A stretch of DNA of 53,384 nt from a virus (IMGVR_UViG_3300043451_000038:1-53384); one strand, 5' to 3'; counted from the first letter of the stretch, positions 11,357-20,939 are shown. The notes: a model not told the origin generated them from the sequence alone. Made by a program: numbers and translations.

Positions 11357-11586
11357 TGGAACATCCACTAATCGGCGATCTTAGCGACTTGTCAATGAAT
11401 GACTTGTCTGACAAGATTGCCGACCTCAACAAGAAGTTAGCCTTTGCTACACGCATGGGCAACTACACTATGGCTAATCAAGTTCAAATGGTATTGGAAT
11501 CATACCGCAAGGAACTGGGCAAGAAGCAAGCAGAACTATTCAAGGAATCATCAGGCACAATCAAGGGCAAGATTGACATTAGTTGA
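11356..11586 (+). CDS. Hypothetical protein (coiled-coil-like)
   Basis: 76-aa ORF coupled by TAATG to the fibre stop. Confidence 0.7.
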   Translation: MEHPLIGDLSDLSMNDLSDKIADLNKKLAFATRMGNYTMANQVQMVLESYRKELGKKQAELFKESSGTIKGKIDIS

Positions 11587-11627
11587 TCCAAAAATACTTG
11601 ACTCTGCCACCTAGAATGTGATAAACT
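11586..11627 (+). promoter_or_regulatory. sigma70-like promoter with upstream TCCAAAA box
   Basis: TTGACT 11598-11603, 18-nt spacer, TAAACT 11622-11627; ATG 7 nt downstream. Confidence 0.6.
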
Positions 11628-11634
11628 CATTGCT

Positions 11635-12144
11635 ATGAGAATAGATCAATATGGCCAGCATATTTTTACAGAGGACGACCTTTGTGAATTGGTCATGTCT
11701 GATCATAATGTCAGACTCAAACAGGTGCTAACTGAGACTCCTATCACATACAGTTATGACTTAGACCTTGTAGAACCGCCGACACTTATACCCTATGTAG
11801 ACCCAGGTGTATCAGTCGAAGAGTTTGATAAGGCTAATCAGTCGAACCTGCTAATGCCTCAAGAGTATCGAGACTTTGATATCGTAGCGTGGTTGCTTGA
11901 ACAATGCGGCGATGACGAAGCCAAGCTACAGCGAGTAGGTCACGAACTCTTACTCTATGTCGAGCGTGATCTCATACCTCTGCTACAATATTTAAAATAT
12001 CTCGTAGACACAATGCGAGTAAATAAGATTGTATGGGGAGTCGGCCGAGGCTCAAGCGTATCAAGTTATGTCTTGTTTCTTATCGGCGTACATAAGATTG
12101 ATTCTATGTACTACGACTTACAAATTGAAGACTTTTTGAAATAA
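11635..12144 (+). CDS. Short DNA polymerase III alpha (DnaE)-like protein
   Basis: VWGVGRGSSVSSYVLFLIGVHKID matches the DnaE GPGRGSAAGS..AY.LGIT.IDP motif; only 169 aa. Confidence 0.75.
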   Translation: MRIDQYGQHIFTEDDLCELVMSDHNVRLKQVLTETPITYSYDLDLVEPPTLIPYVDPGVSVEEFDKANQSNLLMPQEYRDFDIVAWLLEQCGDDEAKLQRVGHELLLYVERDLIPLLQYLKYLVDTMRVNKIVWGVGRGSSVSSYVLFLIGVHKIDSMYYDLQIEDFLK

Positions 12145-12154
12145 GGAGAACATT

Positions 12155-12619
12155 ATGCACCGTTCAGTAATGGGCAAGCCTGTAGACATGGCTGCTCTTA
12201 GACAAAAACACAAAAACACTCGTGCTGTTGGCAACATGAATGTTAATGCCGCGGGTGATACAGTTGATAGCAACAATCAGGTAATCTCGGATAGTACAAG
12301 CCGAGTTAACCAGGTTTATGGCCGTACCACTCAGAACCCACGAGCATCACAAGTTCGTTCAGTTCGACCAGTAGCTGATACCAAACCAGCACCTCAGCCA
12401 ACACCAACACCACCATCTCAGCCAATCCCACCAGCGTTTACTAACCAACCAGAGCCAGCACCACGTGTACGCCCAGTTGCTCAACCTGCGCCAGCACCAG
12501 AACCAGAAGTTACCGAAGAAGAACTAAATGAGTTCGATGAGTTTGATGCTGAAGAACCAGTAGGCAAACCACCAGTAATCGCCGAAGAGACAATTGGAAA
12601 GCCTGCTAAAAAGAAATGA
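12155..12619 (+). CDS. Hypothetical protein with Pro-rich/acidic C-terminus
   Basis: 154-aa ORF with AAGGAG RBS. Confidence 0.7.
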   Translation: MHRSVMGKPVDMAALRQKHKNTRAVGNMNVNAAGDTVDSNNQVISDSTSRVNQVYGRTTQNPRASQVRSVRPVADTKPAPQPTPTPPSQPIPPAFTNQPEPAPRVRPVAQPAPAPEPEVTEEELNEFDEFDAEEPVGKPPVIAEETIGKPAKKK

Positions 12620-12659
12620 TCCAAAAGCTATTGTATTTTACTCTCACCAGTGATACAAT
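12619..12659 (+). promoter_or_regulatory. sigma70-like promoter with upstream TCCAAAA box
   Basis: TTGTAT 12631-12636, 17-nt spacer, TACAAT 12654-12659; ATG 6 nt downstream. Confidence 0.6.
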
Positions 12660-12665
12660 AGCTAC

Positions 12666-13034
12666 ATGATTAAATTAGCATTTGAACCTCACAAAATCTC
12701 AAAAGCACAACTAAAGCCTCTCAACGATCATGTCATTGTAATGGACATGAACTTCAAAGAGCGCATTGTTGGCAGTATCATTCTACCAAACGATGATGGC
12801 AAATCATCAGGCATTCGCCCACGCTGGGCAGAAGTCTATGCCGTTGGTCCTCTACAAAAAGATATCAAAGTCGGTGACTATGTTCTAGTCGAGCATGGCC
12901 GCTGGACCCGTGGCATTGAAGTAGAAGATGAAACAGGCAAACATATGCTCCGTCGTGTTGACCCTAACGGTCTTATGATGGTCAGCGATCACCTACCACA
13001 CGATGAAACAATCTCTGACAAGGTAAGCGGCTAA
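12666..13034 (+). CDS. groES: Co-chaperonin GroES-like protein
   Basis: LKPLNDHVIV...GSIILP...EVYAVGP...IKVGDYVL cpn10 pattern. Confidence 0.85.
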   Translation: MIKLAFEPHKISKAQLKPLNDHVIVMDMNFKERIVGSIILPNDDGKSSGIRPRWAEVYAVGPLQKDIKVGDYVLVEHGRWTRGIEVEDETGKHMLRRVDPNGLMMVSDHLPHDETISDKVSG

Positions 13035-13153
13035 TGTACATTACTAATAAGTTCGACTCTGTTCGACTTCCATACGATGCTGATCTACTAGCGTGGCTTC
13101 AGCAACAATACCCACATTCAAAATACAAGGCAGTACACAATGAAATGGTTTGA
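13034..13153 (+). CDS. Small hypothetical protein (39 aa, MYITNKFDSVRLPY...)
   Basis: Translated by hand; ATG overlaps the groES stop (TAATG) and fills the gap; below the ORF-track size cutoff. Confidence 0.55.
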   Translation: MYITNKFDSVRLPYDADLLAWLQQQYPHSKYKAVHNEMV

Positions 13154-13439
13154 CAACTGGATAGTAAAACGCTACAATGCGTTACGTGAACGCGGAGATG
13201 ATATTTACATACCTACAGCTGGCCAAGCAATCTCTACGGTCAGAGAACGAGAAGGCATTCGTAAAAGAGGCATCAGAATGTCAATCATTCCTGCTATGGG
13301 TGGCACTGCAGTTGAGTTCACAACCTATGACGAACGCAAAGACCGCACAGATGAACATCTTTATGTCATTGACGATTCAAAAGAACTAGGCGAAGAAGTC
13401 GCTAAGATTATCACAGTAGAAATGATGAGGCACGGATGA
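13140..13439 (+). CDS. Hypothetical protein
   Basis: 99-aa ORF in an operon. Confidence 0.7.
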   Translation: MKWFDNWIVKRYNALRERGDDIYIPTAGQAISTVREREGIRKRGIRMSIIPAMGGTAVEFTTYDERKDRTDEHLYVIDDSKELGEEVAKIITVEMMRHG

Positions 13440-14008
13440 GTTTCATCTACAAGATAGTGAATATCATAACGGGTCAGATTTATGTGGGTAAGACTACTAA
13501 GACTATCACCGAGCGATGGGCACATCATGTAGCGAAACATAGAACCAGTAGTACCTATTTACATCGTTCAATGGTGAAACATGGTCCAGATAACTTCGAA
13601 ATGATTCTTTTAGAAGAGTGTGATGTAACTCTAATAGATGACAGAGAGAAGCATTGGATTAGAACACTCGAAAGCCTAGCTCCCAAAAACTTCAATATGA
13701 CTGAGGGAGGAGAGGGTGGTGACACCAGTTCATCGCCAAAATACAAAGCGGCGATGAAGAATAGAGACCAAAGTGGTTCTAATAATCCAATGTATGGCAA
13801 AAAGAGGCCTGATACTGCCATTTATCTAGCAAGAGGCAAGCAAAAAATGATAGAATCTAATCAATGTGCCGTAATATGTAGAGGCGTGATGTATGAATCA
13901 ATCAAAGCAGCCGAGAAAGCATTACCTGGTATATCTATACGTAAGAGAGTAGATAGCGATAAACATCCAGATTTTTATAGATTAAGAGAGAAAACAAAGA
14001 GGAAATAA
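13436..14008 (+). mobile_element. Free-standing GIY-YIG homing endonuclease with NUMOD3-like motif
   Basis: FIYKIVN...IYVGKT...ERW..H and EKHWI...N catalytic pattern; SGSNNPMYGKK. Confidence 0.85.
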
Positions 14009-14938
14009 ATGAGTTTCAAAAACAAACTATTCGTTGAAAAATACAGACCAAAAGTCGTTGCTGATTACGTATTCGTGGACAGTAGACAGCAACAACTGGT
14101 CAACAACTGGATCAAAGAGCAAGCATGTCCTCATGTGTTGTTCGCAGGTGAGCCAGGCACAGGTAAGACTACCCTCGCTAAAGTTCTAATCAACGAGCTA
14201 GGTGTAGAAGAATACGACATCCTAGAAATCAACGCATCACGTGACAACGGCGTAGACTTTATTCGTGAGCGCATCGAGGCATTCGTTCAGACAATGCCAT
14301 TCGGCCGCTTCAAAGTTGTACTCCTAGACGAAGCAGACTACCTATCACAACCCGCACAAGCTGTATTACGTGGCCTCATTGAGCAATACGCAAATGTAGC
14401 ACGATTCATGTTGACTTGTAACTATGTTCACAAGATCATTCCTGCGCTAAAGTCTCGTTGTGAGACATTCATTATCTCTAAGCCTGAGCGCACAGAGTTT
14501 ACTACACGTGCGGCTAAAGTTCTACTGGCCGAAGAGATTGAATTCGATATCGACACACTCGACAGCTATGTAGGCGCAACTTACCCTGATCTACGCAAAT
14601 GCTTGAATCAGTTACAAAACAACTCAACTACGGGCAAGTTACTACCAGTACAAGCAGGTGTCAGTGATGAGGATTCAACTCTAATCGAAGCAACTCAACT
14701 GTTCAAGACAGGCAAAATCTTAGACGGCCGCAAGATTCTACTACAATACTTGAGTATGAATCCCGGACAACTAGAAGAAATCTATCGTTGGATGTACAAC
14801 AACTTAGACTTGTGGGGCAAAACACAAGAACAAAAAGATGCCGCTATTCTGATTATTCGTAACGGACTAGCGAACCTATCTCTGGTAGGTATCCCAGAAA
14901 TCTCATTAGCCGCAACGCTAATTGAACTTACACAATAA
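14009..14938 (+). CDS. Clamp loader AAA+ subunit (RFC small subunit / T4 gp44-like)
   Basis: VEKYRP, Walker A GEPGTGKT, EINAS, Walker B LLDEAD, SRC motif. Confidence 0.93.
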   Translation: MSFKNKLFVEKYRPKVVADYVFVDSRQQQLVNNWIKEQACPHVLFAGEPGTGKTTLAKVLINELGVEEYDILEINASRDNGVDFIRERIEAFVQTMPFGRFKVVLLDEADYLSQPAQAVLRGLIEQYANVARFMLTCNYVHKIIPALKSRCETFIISKPERTEFTTRAAKVLLAEEIEFDIDTLDSYVGATYPDLRKCLNQLQNNSTTGKLLPVQAGVSDEDSTLIEATQLFKTGKILDGRKILLQYLSMNPGQLEEIYRWMYNNLDLWGKTQEQKDAAILIIRNGLANLSLVGIPEISLAATLIELTQ

Positions 14939-14949
14939 AGGAAAACAAA

Positions 14950-15144
14950 ATGTCAGCACATAACGAAATCAATACACACCTAGAAGCATACCTAGCAGAG
15001 CATGAGAAGTTCGAAAAGGGCAATTCAGCCGCAGGCACTCGTGCTCGTAAAGCACTAGGTGAACTAGCCAAAGCAGTCAAAGCTCGTCGCAATGAAATCA
15101 CCGCCGAGAAGAACGCCCGAGCAGAAGCTAAGAAGGCAGCCTAA
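14950..15144 (+). CDS. Histone H1-like (Hc1-type) small basic protein
   Basis: KGNSAAGTRARKAL.EL.K..K..R pattern; AAGGA RBS. Confidence 0.65.
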   Translation: MSAHNEINTHLEAYLAEHEKFEKGNSAAGTRARKALGELAKAVKARRNEITAEKNARAEAKKAA

Positions 15145-15146
15145 TC

Positions 15147-15365
15147 ATGGAAACGGCCAAAGAAATCTGTGATCACTTTATCAACCGCGCTAAGCAGTTG
15201 AATGAGTTTACTATTACTACGGACGTGCCGGAGGACTTCAGATTCAATGGCCTAGTCCCGTTTGATATGACTATTCAAGACAATGTTATCACCGCTAAAG
15301 TTTGGGGCATTGACTTTGATGAAGCAGTTAGTAGATTCAACGAATACATGGAAGGATGTAAATGA
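15147..15365 (+). CDS. Hypothetical protein
   Basis: 72-aa ORF in an operon. Confidence 0.65.
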   Translation: METAKEICDHFINRAKQLNEFTITTDVPEDFRFNGLVPFDMTIQDNVITAKVWGIDFDEAVSRFNEYMEGCK

Positions 15366-15634
15366 GATACTTACTAGTAACATACCTCAGACAGCCTGGT
15401 GGCCAGATCGACGAGCAAGTAGGCTTTTCAAAGAAAGTCAAGCCTCGTGATCTACAAACGGTTAATGTCATTGTTGACTACAAGGACAAGAAAGTAGTAA
15501 AATGCGTTATTGAGGGAAAAGTTCAGGACACTGACTTTGAAAAACTCAATGCGTATTACAAAGAAGTGTATCCTAGTCTAATCGAGACTATGGAACGTGT
15601 ACAAAAATCTGAACCTGAGAACAATGATGAATAA
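15362..15634 (+). CDS. Hypothetical protein
   Basis: 90-aa ORF with ATGA overlap. Confidence 0.65.
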   Translation: MRYLLVTYLRQPGGQIDEQVGFSKKVKPRDLQTVNVIVDYKDKKVVKCVIEGKVQDTDFEKLNAYYKEVYPSLIETMERVQKSEPENNDE

Positions 15635-16208
15635 TCCAATTCTAGTAGATGCTGATGGCGTATTGCTTAACTGGGAATTTGCTTTTGATACGTGGATGAA
15701 TGAGCATGGTCATAGAAAACAAAAAGACTATCAATTCAAATACAACATTGGCAAACGATATGGTATTGAAGATGATACCGCAGTAAAGCTAATCAAGACA
15801 TTCAATGAGAGTGCCGCTATTGGTTTTCTACCGCCACTGCGTGATGCTATGCACTTTGTGCGCAAGCTACACGAAGAGCACGGCTACGTATTTCATTGTA
15901 TTACATCCCTGAGTCTTGACCGCAATGCTCAACGCTTACGCAAAATGAACTTAGAGAAGTTATTTGGTGAGACCGTATTCGAGGAGATTATTTGCCTTGA
16001 TACTGGCGCTGATAAAGATGAAGCATTACTACCATACAAAGATAGTGAGTGCTATTGGATTGAGGACAAGATTACCAACGCCGAAGTTGGTCAACAGTTA
16101 GGCCTACGCTCAATCATTGTTGAGCATGGTCATAATATGGACTACTCTGGTAATATTCCTCTTGTCAAAAACTGGAAAGAAATCTACGAAATAATCACAG
16201 GTAACTGA
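15624..16208 (+). CDS. HAD-superfamily 5'(3')-deoxyribonucleotidase-like protein
   Basis: ILVDADGVL (DxD), CITS, K, WIEDK motifs; start re-assigned to ATG 15624 (or 15627). Confidence 0.8.
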   Translation: MMNNPILVDADGVLLNWEFAFDTWMNEHGHRKQKDYQFKYNIGKRYGIEDDTAVKLIKTFNESAAIGFLPPLRDAMHFVRKLHEEHGYVFHCITSLSLDRNAQRLRKMNLEKLFGETVFEEIICLDTGADKDEALLPYKDSECYWIEDKITNAEVGQQLGLRSIIVEHGHNMDYSGNIPLVKNWKEIYEIITGN

Positions 16209-16209
16209 T

Positions 16210-16695
16210 ATGTCAATGATTGAGCGTCTAAAGGCAAAACAACATGAACTAGATGAGAAGAAAACTCGTCTAGGTAAAATGGGTGAGATTTGTGTGGGTA
16301 ACTGGGCAAGCACTCAAGGCAAAGTAGTTATTCACGCTATTGATCCATATGATAGCCAGAAGGACTTAGTCATTGATGGCGTATCAGTTGAGGTAAAAAC
16401 TCAGACTCCCTACATTAATGAAATGGCCTTTAGTATCAGACCCAATCAGATTAGAAAATGTCGAGAGGTAGGAGAGTTATATTTTGTAGCACTACCTAGT
16501 CCACAAGCTAGATTCTTTTATGAAGGTCAGTGCTGGGTTTACAAAGTTGATCCAAAAGCGTTCATTCATAGAGAGACTGTAACTCGTGGTGGCAAGACCA
16601 TGATTCTAATTGATATCAAACAACCAGCAGTGGTGCCGGTGGTTGAAATAAGTCGTGAAGACGTTGACTTAATGATGCGGTATTCTACGGCATAA
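16210..16695 (+). CDS. Putative PD-(D/E)XK nuclease-fold protein
   Basis: GKMGE...KDLVIDG...VEVKTQ pattern. Confidence 0.5.
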   Translation: MSMIERLKAKQHELDEKKTRLGKMGEICVGNWASTQGKVVIHAIDPYDSQKDLVIDGVSVEVKTQTPYINEMAFSIRPNQIRKCREVGELYFVALPSPQARFFYEGQCWVYKVDPKAFIHRETVTRGGKTMILIDIKQPAVVPVVEISREDVDLMMRYSTA

Positions 16696-16726
16696 GAAGA
16701 GGGAGCATTAAGCTCCCTTCTTTTTT
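16696..16726. terminator. Intrinsic terminator between convergent genes
   Basis: GGGAGC-attaa-GCTCCC stem followed by ttctttttt. Confidence 0.8.
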
Positions 16727-17522
16727 ACTTACTGTATGTTTTCAGTACGTGTTCGATGATAGAGTGACGCTGTACGTCACGAGCATCAAACTTACAGAAC
16801 TCCATGCCTGGAATAGGACACTTAGCTAGTCGTTCCTCTAAGTCAATCAAGCCATTGTCCTTAGTCTTACGGTCACCCTGTTCAACGTCACCGGTAATGA
16901 CCACTTTACTGCCAATGCCAATACGTGTTAGTAACATCTTCATTTGACTAGGCGTAGCATTTTGCATCTCATCGGAGATGATCCATGCGTGTTTAAAGGT
17001 ACGACCTCTCATGAACGCTAACGGTGCAATCTCTATGATTTGTTCGGCAATCATGTGCTCGATTTCTTTGACGTTATAGAATTCACGTAAGACGTCCAAG
17101 AGAGGTCGTGTCCAAGGCTCCATCTTTTGATTCAGGTCACCAGGTAGGAAACCGTGTTTCTCGTCATCAACGCCGACCGCAGGGCGAGTTAAGACAATAC
17201 GTTCACACTCTTTATTGCGATAGGCTTGAATAGCGGCAAGCATAGCTAAGTATGTCTTACCGGTGCCAGCTGGCCCACTAACTGCCACCACGTCCGTATT
17301 ACGATCCGTGAGGGCAAGGATATAATCTTCTTGGTTGATAGTTTTAGGTACCAGGTGTACGGGTTTTCTTTGTTTCTGCGGGTTAAAGTTTATCGTGTTT
17401 GATTCTTCTACATACTGATTACGTGATTGACTGCGTGATGGATAGTATTCTTGTTCTTTGCGCTTAGCGCCACTTGATTTTCTTGACAACTTTAACTCCC
17501 TTATGTTAGTTGTGTGGTTCAT
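16725..17522 (-). CDS. phoH: PhoH-like ATPase
   Basis: GPAGTGKTYLA, LTRPAV, GFLPGDL, RGRTF, DEMQN, TGDVEQ.D. GAGGAGG RBS before ATG 17522; alternative TTG start at 17489. Confidence 0.93.
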   Translation of the reverse strand: MNHTTNIRELKLSRKSSGAKRKEQEYYPSRSQSRNQYVEESNTINFNPQKQRKPVHLVPKTINQEDYILALTDRNTDVVAVSGPAGTGKTYLAMLAAIQAYRNKECERIVLTRPAVGVDDEKHGFLPGDLNQKMEPWTRPLLDVLREFYNVKEIEHMIAEQIIEIAPLAFMRGRTFKHAWIISDEMQNATPSQMKMLLTRIGIGSKVVITGDVEQGDRKTKDNGLIDLEERLAKCPIPGMEFCKFDARDVQRHSIIEHVLKTYSK

Positions 17523-17668
17523 TGAGACCTCCTCTAGAACACACAATTATTTACAGCCGCCAGATATGTGAAACACACACGCTCATAAAGATGAAAGAAA
17601 GCATAAATATTAGGCTGTACTCGAAACGCAATGGCATCTAAAACAGACAGAAGCCTGTCGGCCAATGA

Positions 17669-17674
17669 TAAATA
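17669..17674 (+). promoter_or_regulatory. T4-late-like promoter TAAATA
   Basis: TAAATA then 7 nt then ATG 17682; a second copy at 17604-17609. Confidence 0.55.
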
Positions 17675-17681
17675 CAAGACT

Positions 17682-18293
17682 ATGACAAAGAAAACAACAT
17701 TCTTGGACACTCCTGAGTGGACAGCAATTACCAAAAACATTAAGGGCATCATGACCTCAGATGGCACCATGGCCACCCTGATGGATTATGAGCGTGTCCT
17801 AGATGATGCCAATATATACGCATATAAAAACTGGAAACTAGGCGAATTAGTTGAAGGCCCTGAAGTTGGCCGCTATTCAGTCAGTGCTACATTCATGTGG
17901 CCAGAAGGCTTGATGCCTGACCCACGTGCGGGCAAGCGTTTGCTAACTTTAGGTTGCGAAGTCAAGTTCAAAAAGACCACCATCAAGATGCCTATCAAGA
18001 TTGAAGACCAAGACGACTATCAACCAGGCACACACTATCCTAAGATGGTAGATCGCCCTATCTGGTTAGTCAACATCATTATGCCTAAAGACCTAATGAA
18101 CGACATTCGTGAGGGCAGTGTTGATATCGCTGACCAGAGTATTGACCTCGAGGACTTAGATGACGCATACGCTAAGGACTATGACGAGGCAGATGTCAAA
18201 GAACAAGAAGGCGGCGGTTCGGGTATGGATATGGATATGGGCATGGGCGGCGGCCTACCACCTCCAGCACCTGGCGGAATGCCACCACAGTAA
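17682..18293 (+). CDS. Hypothetical protein with acidic, Gly/Met/Pro-rich tail
   Basis: ORF track 17631-18293; start re-assigned from promoter spacing. Confidence 0.7.
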   Translation: MTKKTTFLDTPEWTAITKNIKGIMTSDGTMATLMDYERVLDDANIYAYKNWKLGELVEGPEVGRYSVSATFMWPEGLMPDPRAGKRLLTLGCEVKFKKTTIKMPIKIEDQDDYQPGTHYPKMVDRPIWLVNIIMPKDLMNDIREGSVDIADQSIDLEDLDDAYAKDYDEADVKEQEGGGSGMDMDMGMGGGLPPPAPGGMPPQ

Positions 18294-18302
18294 GGAACTA
18301 CT

Positions 18303-18857
18303 ATGAAGCAGTTGAATGAAAGTTTAAATCATCAAGACATGGTAGGTCATGTATATCCAGCAGTCAACATTGACAGATACAAGAGTGCTATTGGCACAGA
18401 CGATGATATCATTACTCTAGACTTTGCTACTAAGGGCAAGATGCAAGCAGACGATTTATGCGAGTGGTTCGAAGGCGGTTATGACTGGGTTATTGACGCC
18501 GACACTAGTACTGGCGAAGTTAAGAAAGGTCGCTTCTTAGTTTTCGTTGAAATCAATCGTCGTCAGAAATCACCAGAGCAAATCATTGAAATGATTGAAG
18601 ACTTAGAGACACTAACATCATTTAAACTATCTGATTGGACAATTAAGGTAAAAGACAAACAAGTTGAAAATACCGCGGACAGTATCAGAGCGGCAATAGA
18701 AACAAGTCCACATGAATATCGTGTAGCTCATCCTGATGAATCAGGCGAAGAAGCTCTAAACGAGTGGAAACAAATCGCAGGTGTAGCAATGACAACACCT
18801 CAACAAACACAAGACGCCCACATCTTAGCTATCAAGCGTCAAGCAGGCTTAATTTAA
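18303..18857 (+). CDS. Hypothetical protein
   Basis: 184-aa ORF with AAGGA RBS; begins MKQLNES. Confidence 0.7.
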   Translation: MKQLNESLNHQDMVGHVYPAVNIDRYKSAIGTDDDIITLDFATKGKMQADDLCEWFEGGYDWVIDADTSTGEVKKGRFLVFVEINRRQKSPEQIIEMIEDLETLTSFKLSDWTIKVKDKQVENTADSIRAAIETSPHEYRVAHPDESGEEALNEWKQIAGVAMTTPQQTQDAHILAIKRQAGLI

Positions 18858-18866
18858 GGAATAACA

Positions 18867-19358
18867 ATGGCAACTCTACTACCACAAAAATCAGACGAGA
18901 TTCAACCACTAGCAAAGTGCGATGAAACATGGGCACAACTAGCCGCTGACAAATCAGTTGACGCTATCCCACAAGGCAGTAAGTTCGGTCAAGCGCCAGC
19001 TACCGGTCGTGATACATATAGTGCTCAGCAAGACCAGAGCAAACTAATTCAAAGTAGTGGTGGTGCTATGCAAGAAGGCGCTAAAGTCTTAGTAAAAACT
19101 AATGACAAGTTTGGCGAATTCATCAATAGTAAGTGGCGCCCAATGATGGCGTTCATTTACATGACTACCTGTTTCTGTGACTTTGTACTATTCCCTATCT
19201 TATGGTCAATCTTACAAGCACTACACGGTGGTCAAGTCACATCACAGTGGATGCCTCTAACCCTACAGGGTGCCGGTCTCTATCACATTGCTATGGGTGC
19301 TGTACTTGGTGTAGCCGCATACGGTCGCTCACAAGAGAAAATTTCAGGTAAGGCATAA
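18867..19358 (+). CDS. Membrane protein, 3TM-holin-like (GTA holin type)
   Basis: KWRP + hydrophobic helix ... MGAVLGVAAYGRSQEK ending typical of that family. Confidence 0.55.
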   Translation: MATLLPQKSDEIQPLAKCDETWAQLAADKSVDAIPQGSKFGQAPATGRDTYSAQQDQSKLIQSSGGAMQEGAKVLVKTNDKFGEFINSKWRPMMAFIYMTTCFCDFVLFPILWSILQALHGGQVTSQWMPLTLQGAGLYHIAMGAVLGVAAYGRSQEKISGKA

Positions 19359-19360
19359 TT

Positions 19361-20092
19361 ATGAAAATCAATGACATTTTAAACGAAGAAGGCAAAGGCT
19401 TATGGGCCAATATTCACGCTAAGCGCAAACGAATCAAAAACGGCAGCGGCGAGAAGATGCGCAAGCCTGGCAGTAAAGGTGCGCCTACAGCACAAAATTT
19501 CAAAGATGCTGCCTCTGAAAGCATTGACCAGCCAGCAATGCCCGATAATAAATTCAATTCTATGATGAGCAAGATGACTTCTAAGAAGTCATTGAATAGT
19601 AGAGAAGCACTAGCTATGATTGATGAATTAGTATATCACGGTGGCGCATCATATGAAGAGGCTCTAGAACAAGCAAGTAATAGTTTTGAGATTGACCAAG
19701 ACGTTTTGGATGCCGAATATAGAAAACATGCTAGTAACATCGAACTAGATGAAGACGAAGATGTGGCGGAAGGCATTCTTGAAGAGTCATATGACGGTGA
19801 TGAGTTCTACGAAGCATACGGTGACTTATGGTACGATGAAGAAATGCTAAACGAAGCAGAGTATCAAGGCCGCAAAGTTCAACTAGGCAAGCCTATGCGA
19901 GGTGACGTTAAGAAGTTCAAGGTCTATGTCAAGAACGAGAAGGGCAACGTAGTCAAAGTAAACTTCGGCGACCCTAACATGAAGATTCGCAAGAGTAATC
20001 CTAAAGCTCGTAAGAGTTTCCGCGCAAGACACAACTGCGCTAACCCAGGACCAAGAACAAAAGCACGTTATTGGTCTTGCCGTAAGTGGTAA
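19361..20092 (+). CDS. Modular basic/acidic phage protein, probably virion-internal
   Basis: MKINDILNEE start; GLWANIHAKRKR module; acidic linkers; C-terminal KVNFGDPNM...RKSFRARHNC...ARYWSC module. Confidence 0.6.
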   Translation: MKINDILNEEGKGLWANIHAKRKRIKNGSGEKMRKPGSKGAPTAQNFKDAASESIDQPAMPDNKFNSMMSKMTSKKSLNSREALAMIDELVYHGGASYEEALEQASNSFEIDQDVLDAEYRKHASNIELDEDEDVAEGILEESYDGDEFYEAYGDLWYDEEMLNEAEYQGRKVQLGKPMRGDVKKFKVYVKNEKGNVVKVNFGDPNMKIRKSNPKARKSFRARHNCANPGPRTKARYWSCRKW

Positions 20093-20099
20093 AACACTT

Positions 20100-20139
20100 A
20101 TCCAATAAACTTGACGCACCTCTTCGGAGGTGTTATACT
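20100..20139 (+). promoter_or_regulatory. sigma70-like promoter with TCCAATA box and a UUCG hairpin in the spacer
   Basis: TTGACG 20111-20116, 17-nt spacer CACCTC-TTCG-GAGGTG-T, TATACT 20134-20139. Confidence 0.7.
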
Positions 20140-20147
20140 TTACAACT

Positions 20148-20939
20148 ATGGACTATTATAAGACACTAGGGGTAGAGCGTTCAGCAAGCCCCGACGAAAT
20201 CAAAAAAGCCTATCGCAAGATGGCAGCTAAGCACCACCCTGATCGTGGCGGCAATAAAGAGGAATTTCAAAAGGTTGAAGAGGCATATCGCAATCTAAGC
20301 GACCCTAACCTCAAGCAACAGCACGACAATCCTAACCCATTCGGTGATAGTAATCCATTTGGCGGCGGCTTTCACTTCAACTTTGGTGGTGGCAATCCAT
20401 TCGATGACATATTTCAACACTTTCATCGACAACATCAGCAACAACAGCGTATCTACACCGTTGCGGTAGCAGTTACGCTTGAACAAGTAGCACGTGGCTC
20501 TACTGAGACTATTCAAGTTGGAACACCACACGGTGTCAAAACATTCCAAATCAAAGTACCGCAATCAGTCGAACATGGTCAACGTATTCGCTATGATGGC
20601 TTGATGACTGATGGTGTTCTACAGGTTGAATTCCGCATTCTACCGCATCAAACATACGAGCGCCGCGGCTTAGACTTGTATTCCAAAATAGAAGTATCAA
20701 TCTATGACTTACTACTTGGCACATCCGTCAGATTCAAAACTATCTGGGGCACGGAAATGGATGTTAATATCCCACCTAAACTCAAGCCAGGTTCAACAAT
20801 GCGTATGGCTGGTCATGGTCTGGTTCATTCCACTATGAAGGGCAACCAATTTCTATTGATTGAAGCCCTAATGCCTGATACAATTAGTCCAGAGCTAACT
20901 TCCCTGTTAGAACAAGAACGCAACAAAGGAAAACAATGA
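20148..20939 (+). CDS. dnaJ: DnaJ/CbpA-class co-chaperone (no Zn finger)
   Basis: DYYKTLGV...IKKAYRK...HPD J-domain, G/F-rich linker, C-terminal domain. Confidence 0.92.
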   Translation: MDYYKTLGVERSASPDEIKKAYRKMAAKHHPDRGGNKEEFQKVEEAYRNLSDPNLKQQHDNPNPFGDSNPFGGGFHFNFGGGNPFDDIFQHFHRQHQQQQRIYTVAVAVTLEQVARGSTETIQVGTPHGVKTFQIKVPQSVEHGQRIRYDGLMTDGVLQVEFRILPHQTYERRGLDLYSKIEVSIYDLLLGTSVRFKTIWGTEMDVNIPPKLKPGSTMRMAGHGLVHSTMKGNQFLLIEALMPDTISPELTSLLEQERNKGKQ

